25,154 bases of DNA from a virus (IMGVR_UViG_2534681662_000015), one strand, 5' to 3'; shown: positions 8,236 to 15,584, counted from the first letter of the stretch. Program-made: numbers and translations. Notes: generated by a model not told the origin, from the sequence alone.

Positions 8236-8339
8236 AGTCCAAATGTACAACCAAGGTTTTATTCCATCAAACGAAAATGGTTGTTGACTAAAAACAACCA
8301 TAGTTTTAATCTTGATTCAAATTAACCACGGAGGTTGTT
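8236..8339 (+). promoter_or_regulatory. OR operator / PR (and divergent PRM) region
   Basis: Palindrome ATGGTTGTT-N7-AACAACCAT (8277-8301) overlapping TTGACT (8284-8289) with TAATCT 17 bp downstream; GGAGG SD precedes the cro-like ATG at 8340. Confidence 0.6.
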
Positions 8340-8570
8340 ATGAACCCAGCTATCAAAACAGCGATCAATATCGTTGGTTCACAAAAGAAACTGGGCGCTG
8401 CTTGCGAAGTTTCACAGCAGGCCGTCTATAAGTGGCTTCACAACAAAGCAAAGGTATCCCCTGAACATGTCGGCAGCATTGTTACGGCTACTGGTGGAGT
8501 AGTGAAGGCATACCAGATTCGCCCGGATCTTCCGAAGTTGTTTCCACACACCGAAAAGAACGCAGCTTAA
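8340..8570 (+). CDS. Cro-like HTH protein (YdaS/DUF1019-type Cro analog)
   Basis: 76-aa ORF divergent from the repressor, HTH-like segment QKKLGAACEVSQQAVYKWLHNK; strong GGAGG SD. Confidence 0.75.
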   Translation: MNPAIKTAINIVGSQKKLGAACEVSQQAVYKWLHNKAKVSPEHVGSIVTATGGVVKAYQIRPDLPKLFPHTEKNAA

Positions 8571-8582
8571 ATTTCCATTTCA

Positions 8583-8596
8583 CGCTCTTTAACAAT
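8583..8596 (+). promoter_or_regulatory. boxA-like antitermination element (rrn-type boxA) at the nutR position
   Basis: CGCTCTTTAACAAT matches the rRNA-operon boxA consensus (TGCTCTTTAACAA) at 12 of 13 positions and sits 13 nt after the cro-like stop; no boxB-like hairpin is evident next to it. Confidence 0.5.
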
Positions 8597-8639
8597 AAGC
8601 AATCAACTTAACAGTCAATTCAAACTAAAGGAGTCAATT

Positions 8640-9179
8640 ATGCAACCACTTACATACCAACAGACTAGCGGATTTAGCCCGACTGCGGTGATAAATCGTT
8701 CTCAAACAAAACAGGTGCCAGGCCACGAAAAAATCCGTGATGCCGTCCGCGCCTGGTCGGCTGTAGATAATCAGGATGTCGTTGCCACACTCATTGTGAA
8801 TGAGTATCGGGAGCAGGGCGGCGGCACCATCGATTTCCCTGATGATGTCAGCCGTGCACGCCAGAAGCTGTTCCGCTTCCTCGATAACAAATTCGATTCT
8901 GAAAAATACCGAAATAATGTGCGTGAACTGACCCCGGCAATTCTGGCGGTACTACCGCTGGAATATCGCGGTTACCTGGTTGAGCAGGATAGCTTCATGG
9001 CTAGGGTGGCTGAAATGGAAAAGGAACTCAGTGAGGCAAAACAGGCTGTCATTCTCAACGCACCACGCCACCAGAAACTGAAGGAAATTAGTGAAGGTAT
9101 TGTGTCGATGTTTCGTGTGGACCCAGATCTGGCTAGTCCATTGATGGCGATGGTTACTACCATGCTGGGGGCGATATGA
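8640..9179 (+). CDS. YdaT-like protein (CII-analog regulator of Rac/CP-933P-type switch regions)
   Basis: 179-aa ORF with motifs recalled from E. coli YdaT (…REQGGG…, …LTPAILAVLPLEYR…); located exactly where lambda has cII; AGGAG SD. Confidence 0.65.
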   Translation: MQPLTYQQTSGFSPTAVINRSQTKQVPGHEKIRDAVRAWSAVDNQDVVATLIVNEYREQGGGTIDFPDDVSRARQKLFRFLDNKFDSEKYRNNVRELTPAILAVLPLEYRGYLVEQDSFMARVAEMEKELSEAKQAVILNAPRHQKLKEISEGIVSMFRVDPDLASPLMAMVTTMLGAI

Positions 9180-9265
9180 CAGGTTCAGAAATGGCGAAAG
9201 CCGGTCTGCTGGAACAGAACCGACTTTCAGGTGCAAATCGTAACACACTCATTGCGGGAGGAATT

Positions 9266-10195
9266 ATGGCAAACACTGCTGAGATATTCAATTTTCCAGT
9301 GCCGGATGCGGCACAAAAGGAGCCGCGCGTGGCAGATCTCGATGATGGTTATACGCGCATTGCAAATGAGTTGCTGGAAGCTGTGATGCTGGCCGGATTA
9401 ACACAGCACCAGCTTCTGGTCTTCCTGGCTGTCATGCGCAAAACATATGGCTTTAATAAAAAACTGGATTGGGTGAGCAACGAGCAACTTTCCGAGTTGA
9501 CCGGGATATTGCCGCACAAGTGTTCTGCTGCAAAAAGTGTTCTGGTAAAGCGTGGGATTTTTATTCAGAGTGGGCGGAATATCGGCATTAATAATGTGGT
9601 CAGTGAATGGTCAACATTACCCGAATCAGGTAAGAAAAATAAAGTTTACCTGAAAGAGGTAAATTTACCTGAATCAGGTAAGAAAAGTTTACCCAAATCA
9701 GGTAAAGGCGTTTACCCGAATCAGGTAAACACAAAAGACAAACTAACAAAAGACAATATAAAACCTTTTTCGTCCGAGAATTCTGGCGAATCCTCTGACC
9801 AGCCAGAAAACGACTTTCCTTTGGAGAAACTGGATGCTGCAATTCAGAGCGGCAGCAAGTGGGGGACAGCAGAAGACCTGACCGCCGCAGAGTGGATGTT
9901 TAACATGGTGAAGACCATCGCGCCCTCAGCCAGAAAACCGAATTTTGCAGGGTGGGCTAACGATATCCGCCTGATGCGTGAACGTGACGGACGTAACCAC
10001 CGCGACATGTGCGTGCTGTTCCGCTGGGCATGCCAGGACAACTTCTGGTCCGGTAACGTGCTGAGTCCGGCCAAACTCCGCGACAAGTGGACCCAACTCG
10101 AAATCAACCGTAACAAGCAACAGGCTGGCGTGACAACCGGAAAATCAAAACTCGACCTGACAAACACTGACTGGATTTACGGGGTGGATTTATGA
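9266..10195 (+). CDS. O: Replication initiator O (hybrid: non-lambda iteron-binding N-terminal domain, lambda-like C-terminal P-interaction domain)
   Basis: N-terminus MANTAEIFNFPVPDAAQKEPRVADLDDGYTRIANELLEA parallels lambda O (MTNTAKILNF…VADLDDGYARL…); C-terminus …TNTDWIYGVDL is lambda-like. Start chosen at the ATG with GGGAGG SD (9266); an in-frame ATG at 9176 overlapping the ydaT-like stop is an alternative. Confidence 0.85.
   Translation: MANTAEIFNFPVPDAAQKEPRVADLDDGYTRIANELLEAVMLAGLTQHQLLVFLAVMRKTYGFNKKLDWVSNEQLSELTGILPHKCSAAKSVLVKRGIFIQSGRNIGINNVVSEWSTLPESGKKNKVYLKEVNLPESGKKSLPKSGKGVYPNQVNTKDKLTKDNIKPFSSENSGESSDQPENDFPLEKLDAAIQSGSKWGTAEDLTAAEWMFNMVKTIAPSARKPNFAGWANDIRLMRERDGRNHRDMCVLFRWACQDNFWSGNVLSPAKLRDKWTQLEINRNKQQAGVTTGKSKLDLTNTDWIYGVDL
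9617..9729 (+). repeat. Origin of replication iterons (5 copies) inside O, followed by an AT-rich unwinding region to ~9775
   Basis: 18-bp palindromic repeats TTACC(C/T)GAATCAGGTAA(G/A) at 9617, 9665, 9689, 9712 plus a degenerate copy at 9645; followed by ACAAAAGACAAACTAACAAAAGACAATATAAAACC. Confidence 0.75.
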
Positions 10196-10893
10196 AAAAC
10201 ATCGCCGCACAGATGGTTAACTTTGACCGTGAGCAGATGCGCCGGATCGCCAACAACATGCCGGAACAGTACGACGAAAAGCCGCAGGTACAGCAGGTAG
10301 CGCAGATCATCAACGGTGTGTTCAGCCAGTTACTGGCAACTTTCCCGGCGAGCCTGGCTAACCGTGACCAGAATGAACTGAACGAAATCCGCCGCCAGTG
10401 GGTTCTGGCTTTCTGGGAAAACGGGATCACCACAATGGAACAGGTTAACGCTGGAATGCGCGTAGCCCGTCGGCAGAATCGACCATTCCTGCCATCACCC
10501 GGGCAGTTTGTCGCCTGGTGCCGGGAAGAAGCATCCGTTACCGCCGGGCTGCCAAACGCCAGCGAGCTGGTTGATATGGTTTACGAGTATTGCCGGAAGC
10601 GCGGGCTGTATCCGGATGCAGAGTCTTATCCGTGGAAATCAAACGCGCACTACTGGCTGGTTACCAACCTGTATCAGAACATGCGGGCCAATGCGTTGAC
10701 TGACGCGGAATTACGGCGCAAGGCTGCCGATGAACTGTCCTGTATGACCGCACGAATTAACCGTGGTGAGGCTATACCTGAACCAGTAAAACAACTTCCT
10801 GTCATGGGCGGTAGACCTCTAAATCGTGCACAGGCTCTGGCGAAGATCGCAGAAATCAAAGCTAAGTTTGGGCTGAAAGGAGCAAGGGTATGA
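10192..10893 (+). CDS. P: Replication protein P (DnaB helicase loader)
   Basis: 233-aa ORF recognised as lambda P (MKNIAAQMVNFDREQMRRIANNMPEQYDEKPQVQQVAQIINGVF…); ATGA overlap with O. Confidence 0.95.
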   Translation: MKNIAAQMVNFDREQMRRIANNMPEQYDEKPQVQQVAQIINGVFSQLLATFPASLANRDQNELNEIRRQWVLAFWENGITTMEQVNAGMRVARRQNRPFLPSPGQFVAWCREEASVTAGLPNASELVDMVYEYCRKRGLYPDAESYPWKSNAHYWLVTNLYQNMRANALTDAELRRKAADELSCMTARINRGEAIPEPVKQLPVMGGRPLNRAQALAKIAEIKAKFGLKGARV

Positions 10894-11192
10894 CGGGCAA
10901 AGAGGCAATTATTCATTACCTGGGGACTCATAAGAAATTCTGTGCGCAGGACGTTGCCGCGGTAACAGGCGCAACGGTAACCAGCATAAATCAGGCTGCG
11001 GCTAAAATGGCGCGGGCAGGAATCCTGGTCGTTGATGGTAAGGTCTGGCGAACGGTGTATTATCGGTTCGCTACCAGAGAAGAATGGGAAGGAAAGGGGA
11101 GCACGAATTTGATTTTTAAGGAGTGTCGCCAGAGTGCCGCGATGAAACGGGTATTGAGGGTATATAAAAGAACATCAATGGGTACACAATGA
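10890..11192 (+). CDS. ren: Ren protein (Rex exclusion escape)
   Basis: 100-aa ORF MTGKEAIIHYLGTH… recognised as lambda Ren-like; overlaps the P stop. Confidence 0.8.
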   Translation: MTGKEAIIHYLGTHKKFCAQDVAAVTGATVTSINQAAAKMARAGILVVDGKVWRTVYYRFATREEWEGKGSTNLIFKECRQSAAMKRVLRVYKRTSMGTQ

Positions 11193-11259
11193 TGAAACAG
11201 GTGAGTTGAGTTCAAACTGTAGTACAATTCTCTCCAGTTTGAACAGGAAAGAATATGCT

Positions 11260-11592
11260 ATGAATCCTTATATTTATCTTGGTGGTGCAATACTTGCAGA
11301 GGTCATTGGTACAACCTTAATGAAGTTTTCAGAAGGTTTTACACGGTTATGGCCATCTGTTGGTACAATTATTTGTTATTGTGCATCATTCTGGTTATTA
11401 GCTCAGACGCTGGCTTATATTCCTACAGGGATTGCTTATGCTATCTGGTCAGGAGTCGGTATTGTCCTGATTAGCTTACTATCATGGGGATTTTTCGGCC
11501 AACGGTTGGACCTGCCAGCCATTATAGGCATGATGTTGATTTGTGCCGGTGTGTTGGTTATTAATTTATTGTCACGAAGCACACCACATTAA
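11260..11592 (+). CDS. emrE: Small multidrug resistance efflux transporter EmrE
   Basis: 110-aa four-TM protein MNPYIYLGGAILAEVIGTTLMKFSEGF… recognised as E. coli EmrE (DLP12 cargo); AGGAAA SD; the ORF-track entry 11206-11592 is an upstream extension. Confidence 0.9.
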   Translation: MNPYIYLGGAILAEVIGTTLMKFSEGFTRLWPSVGTIICYCASFWLLAQTLAYIPTGIAYAIWSGVGIVLISLLSWGFFGQRLDLPAIIGMMLICAGVLVINLLSRSTPH

Positions 11593-11847
11593 AAATAATT
11601 TGTTTTTAAACGACTAAAATATGGAGGCTCGTATATTTATATGGGCCTCGTTTTATGCTTTTTGTTAATGTCTTTAGTTTTTATTCATTCTTTTGTGCTT
11701 TCAAGATTATGGTGTAAGAAAATTGCAATACGATTATTGTTGTATATTCAAGATAATGTGACCTTAATTGTCTTTTTAAATAAAAATTAAACAAAAATCA
11801 TATCTCACCACTAAGGTTTATAAAAGCATACTTTAGCAGGTGTCACC

Positions 11848-13374
11848 ATGAAAAAAGCCATAGCATATATGCGATTTTCATCACCAGGTCAGATGTCTGG
11901 TGATTCATTAAACCGCCAGAGAAGGCTTATTACTGAATGGCTAAAGGTAAATAGTGATTATTACCTTGATACCGTAACGTATGAAGATTTGGGGTTAAGC
12001 GCATTCAATGGAAAGCATGCACAATCAGGAGCTTTTTCGGAATTTTTAGATGCTATAGAACATGGTTATATATTGCCAGGGACTACATTGTTAGTTGAAA
12101 GTCTGGACAGACTTTCAAGAGAAAAAGTCGGTGAAGCGATTGAGCGTCTGAAATTGATTTTGAATCACGGTATTGATGTTATAACTCTTTGCGATAATAC
12201 AGTCTATAATATTGACTCATTGAATGAGCCATATTCATTAATAAAAGCCATACTTATAGCACAAAGGGCAAATGAAGAAAGCGAGATAAAGTCAAGTCGG
12301 GTTAAATTATCATGGAAGAAAAAACGGCAGGATGCACTGGAGTCAGGCACGATTATGACGGCGTCTTGTCCGAGATGGCTCTCATTGGATGACAAAAGAA
12401 CGGCTTTTGTTCCAGACCCCGACAGGGTGAAAACTATTGAGCTAATTTTTAAACTCAGGATGGAAAGGCGCTCATTGAATGCAATAGCCAAGTATTTAAA
12501 TGATCATGCTGTAAAGAATTTCTCAGGAAAAGAAAGTGCATGGGGACCTTCTGTAATTGAAAAATTATTAGCGAATAAAGCTCTGATAGGTATATGCGTA
12601 CCTTCATATCGTGCAAGAGGTAAAGGAATAAGTGAAATCGCTGGCTATTATCCCAGAGTCATATCAGATGATTTGTTTTACGCTGTGCAGGAAATTCGGT
12701 TGGCACCTTTTGGTATTAGCAATAGTAGCAAAAATCCTATGTTGATAAATCTACTTCGAACAGTTATGAAGTGCGAGGCTTGTGGTAATACCATGATTGT
12801 TCATGCGGTATCTGGAAGTTTGCATGGCTATTATGTTTGTCCGATGAGAAGACTGCATCGATGTGACAGGCCATCAATAAAGAGAGATTTGGTTGATTAT
12901 AATATCATTAATGAGTTGCTTTTTAATTGTAGTAAAATCCAACCAGTTGAAAACAAGAAAGATGCTAATGAAACTTTAGAGTTGAAAATTATTGAGCTCC
13001 AGATAAAAATTAATAATTTAATTGCTGCATTATCTGTTGCGCCTGAAGTTACCGCTATAGCAGAAAAAATCAGAGTATTAGATAAGGAATTACGAAGGGC
13101 TTCTGTATCATTAAAAACTTTGAAGAGTAAAGCGGTGAGTTCACTTGGTGATTTTCATGCTATTGACTTAACCAGTAAAAATGGGCGAGAGCTATGTCGT
13201 ACACTTGCCTATAAAACATTCGAAAAAATCATAATCAATACAGATAATAAAACCTGTGATATCTATTTTATGAATGGCATTGTTTTTAAACACTATCCTT
13301 TAATGAAAACAATATCTGCCCAGCAGGCGATAAGTACTCTCAAATATATGGTTGATGGTGAGGTTTATTTTTGA
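11848..13374 (+). CDS. ybcK: Large serine recombinase (resolvase/invertase catalytic domain plus recombinase and zinc-ribbon domains), DLP12 YbcK-like
   Basis: 508-aa ORF; N-terminal catalytic motifs AYMRFSSPGQ (Ser nucleophile) and ESLDRLSR; Cys cluster CEACGNTMIVHAVSGSLHGYYVCPMRRLHRCD; AT-rich gene with its own upstream AT-rich promoter region. Confidence 0.85.
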   Translation: MKKAIAYMRFSSPGQMSGDSLNRQRRLITEWLKVNSDYYLDTVTYEDLGLSAFNGKHAQSGAFSEFLDAIEHGYILPGTTLLVESLDRLSREKVGEAIERLKLILNHGIDVITLCDNTVYNIDSLNEPYSLIKAILIAQRANEESEIKSSRVKLSWKKKRQDALESGTIMTASCPRWLSLDDKRTAFVPDPDRVKTIELIFKLRMERRSLNAIAKYLNDHAVKNFSGKESAWGPSVIEKLLANKALIGICVPSYRARGKGISEIAGYYPRVISDDLFYAVQEIRLAPFGISNSSKNPMLINLLRTVMKCEACGNTMIVHAVSGSLHGYYVCPMRRLHRCDRPSIKRDLVDYNIINELLFNCSKIQPVENKKDANETLELKIIELQIKINNLIAALSVAPEVTAIAEKIRVLDKELRRASVSLKTLKSKAVSSLGDFHAIDLTSKNGRELCRTLAYKTFEKIIINTDNKTCDIYFMNGIVFKHYPLMKTISAQQAISTLKYMVDGEVYF

Positions 13375-13485
13375 GTAATAATCACTTTTTCAACCGTGCT
13401 ATAGTAAGAAAGTTAGGTAAGTACAATAAAATTATCTATCCTGAACGAAGCGTCCTGAGCTATGGTTTTACTATAGGGACTGCCA

Positions 13486-13809
13486 ATGGATGCTGGCGTT
13501 CTCGTTCTAGCAGTTCAACAATCCCCAATCACAAAACAATTCACTGATAACGAACTTTGCACACTCGCCTGGTTATGGCGAGCAGGGAATGTGATGTTAA
13601 TTACCTACCAGAACGTTACTCCTCTTCTTCAGGTTGCGGAGCATCGTGAAGCTGGTCGCTTCACTTCTATCGAGCAAGAATATCCCCAGATACTCAACAG
13701 AGCGCGAGCAATCCTCGTCCGAGAAACGGCACATGTAAAACTTCAGCCGTGGCAGGATGATAAGTGGAGTCGAGTATTGCCGCATTTACCTCAGAATCTG
13801 TTTCAATAA
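13486..13809 (+). CDS. Hypothetical protein (107 aa), unknown function
   Basis: ORF with AGGGA SD between ybcK and the HNH gene; no family recognised; could be a gene fragment. Confidence 0.35.
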   Translation: MDAGVLVLAVQQSPITKQFTDNELCTLAWLWRAGNVMLITYQNVTPLLQVAEHREAGRFTSIEQEYPQILNRARAILVRETAHVKLQPWQDDKWSRVLPHLPQNLFQ

Positions 13810-13827
13810 AGGCGCTAGTTAGTAAGG

Positions 13828-13853
13828 CTTCCGTCATTCTGCGATGACGGAAG
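13828..13853 (+). other. Perfect 10-bp stem-loop (CTTCCGTCAT-tctgcg-ATGACGGAAG)
   Basis: Read directly; 19 bp after the stop of the 107-aa ORF; no T-run. Confidence 0.5.
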
Positions 13854-13983
13854 TGCGGGCTGCGTACGGGAGAGCAATTGCATGAATAATATAAATATTC
13901 CGCTCACTCCATATAGCGATTTCTGATACAAACTTATCTATTGTGGTAAAATTATAGAAACAAACTTATAGCGTACTAACCAT

Positions 13984-14766
13984 ATGGACAATATTAATAA
14001 ACACGGGCTCTCAAGAAGAATACCTGAGACAATAAAACGTCAGATAAGGCAAAGGTGCGGCTTTGGCTGTGTAATTTGTGGATTTGGATTTTATGATTAT
14101 GAGCATTTTAAACCTGACTTCGTTGATGCCAAAGTACATGATCCGAATGGAATGACACTTCTTTGCTCCCAATGCAATCAAAAAAGAGCTCGTGGTAGAC
14201 TTTCAGCACAGACAGTGGAAATAGCTGACAGAAATCCCAAGTGCTTACAGGCTGGTTTTGCAAATGAAATGTTTGATTTTCATAATGAGCCTATAACAGT
14301 AAAATTTGCAGGAGTGACGTTTCATAACTGTCAAAATTTGATTGTAGTCAACGAACAACCCATTCTTTCTGTGAAACCTTCACCCATACCACATGGACCG
14401 ATGCTTTTATCAGGAATTTTCTGTAATTCTATTGGTAAGGAGACTTTACTGATAGATGAAAATGAATGGAAAGCTAAATCAGACAATTGGGATGTGGAGT
14501 GTACCGGCCCGCGTATAACAATACGACGTGGGCCAGGAGAGTTTGCCCTCGTTCTAAAAATGGAACCTCCAACAGGATTGATTGTTGAGCGTCTTGATAT
14601 GTTGTATGAAGGGGTCAGGATGAAAGGAGATAAAGATCTGCTGGAAGTTTCGATTAATGGAGGTCCCTTGCACAGATGGCAATCATGCTCAATGTCAAAT
14701 TGCCATACAGGGCTTGCGATTCAGGGCGGTATTAGAGCTGCTAATGATCCTTTGTATTGCGCCTAA
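13984..14766 (+). CDS. HNH (beta-beta-alpha-Me) nuclease-motif protein with an uncharacterised ~180-aa C-terminal domain; AT-rich cargo gene
   Basis: 260-aa ORF; N-terminal region RCGFGCVICGFGFYDYEHFKPDFVDAKVHDPNGMTLLCSQCNQKRARG contains the CxxxC…EH…N…CxxC arrangement typical of HNH nucleases; the rest is not recognisable; weak SD. Confidence 0.6.
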   Translation: MDNINKHGLSRRIPETIKRQIRQRCGFGCVICGFGFYDYEHFKPDFVDAKVHDPNGMTLLCSQCNQKRARGRLSAQTVEIADRNPKCLQAGFANEMFDFHNEPITVKFAGVTFHNCQNLIVVNEQPILSVKPSPIPHGPMLLSGIFCNSIGKETLLIDENEWKAKSDNWDVECTGPRITIRRGPGEFALVLKMEPPTGLIVERLDMLYEGVRMKGDKDLLEVSINGGPLHRWQSCSMSNCHTGLAIQGGIRAANDPLYCA

Positions 14767-14806
14767 ATCCACTAAATTGATTTTCAACAATCAACTTGCC
14801 ATAATT

Positions 14807-14839
14807 AAGTCACCGGAGTTTGAACTCCTCCGGTGACTT
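14807..14839 (+). other. Strong stem-loop (12-bp perfect stem AAGTCACCGGAG / CTCCGGTGACTT, 9-nt loop) at the boundary between the AT-rich cargo and ybcN
   Basis: Read directly; no flanking T-run on either strand, so it may be a terminator-like structure, an RNA stability element or an insertion scar. Confidence 0.5.
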
Positions 14840-14958
14840 CTGCGCTAAACGGGGACGTTTATGCGCACATACAATCCAACCTCTCTTCTCCATTCACAGA
14901 TGCAGAAATGCACCTGCGATATTTTGCATCCAGCGTTTGATCTCTGCGGAGGTGAAGC

Positions 14959-15414
14959 GTGAACCTCCCACAAGATGGTATCAAATTGCATCGCGGTAAC
15001 TTCACCGCTATCGGTCGGCAGATCCAGCCTTATCTGGAGGACGGCAAATGCTTTCGCATGGTGCTTAAACCGTGGCGCGAGAGACGCAGTCTTTCCCAGA
15101 ATGCACTCAGCCACATGTGGTACAGCGAAATCAGTGAATACCTCATCAGCAAGGGTAAAACGTTCGCCACTCCAGCTTGGGTAAAAGATGCTCTCAAACA
15201 CACATATCTCGGTTATGAAACCAAAGACCTGGTTGATGTCGTAACCGGTGATATCACCACTATCCAGTCGTTACGCCATACCTCCGATCTTGATACCGGA
15301 GAGATGTATGTCTTCCTGTGTAAGGTTGAAGCCTGGGCGATGAATATTGGCTGCCACCTGACTATTCCGCAGAGCTGCGAGTTCCAGCAGCTCCGCGACA
15401 AACAGGAGGCGTAA
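14959..15414 (+). CDS. ybcN: YbcN-like protein (DLP12 nin-region protein, reported DNA base-flipping protein)
   Basis: 151-aa ORF starting at GTG with GGAGGTG SD; recognised as E. coli YbcN (…[61 protein letters not shown]…). Confidence 0.85.
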   Translation: MNLPQDGIKLHRGNFTAIGRQIQPYLEDGKCFRMVLKPWRERRSLSQNALSHMWYSEISEYLISKGKTFATPAWVKDALKHTYLGYETKDLVDVVTGDITTIQSLRHTSDLDTGEMYVFLCKVEAWAMNIGCHLTIPQSCEFQQLRDKQEA

Positions 15415-15584
15415 TGGCTACACCGCTTATTCGTGTCATGAACGGACACATCTACAGAGTACCAAATCGTCGTAAGCGTAAACCGGAGCTGAAGCCTTCC
15501 GAAATACCAACACTGCTCGGATATACCGCCAGCCTGGTTGATAAAAAATGGTTGCGACTGGCAGCAAGGAGGAATCATGGCTGA
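15414..15584 (+). CDS. ninE: NinE-like protein (56 aa)
   Basis: Hand-translated [56 protein letters not shown]; TAATG overlap with ybcN; below the ORF-track size cutoff. Confidence 0.65.
   Translation: MATPLIRVMNGHIYRVPNRRKRKPELKPSEIPTLLGYTASLVDKKWLRLAARRNHG

Noticed and set aside
8640-9179. Interpreting the YdaT-like gene as the toxin of a toxin-antitoxin pair
   Set aside because: Its position (cII slot, rightward operon after the cro-like gene) fits the regulator interpretation; nothing in the sequence indicates a toxin fold.
9176-9265. Upstream in-frame ATG that would give a 339-aa O protein
   Set aside because: The ATG at 9266 has a strong GGGAGG SD and gives an N-terminus that parallels lambda O; the extension is kept only as an alternative.
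9617-9729. Regularly spaced ~18-bp repeats that could be mistaken for a short CRISPR array
   Set aside because: They lie inside the O coding frame (encoding repeated PESGK peptide units), are palindromic, are spaced irregularly (20-28 bp), are followed by an AT-rich region, and no cas genes are present: classic lambdoid ori iterons.
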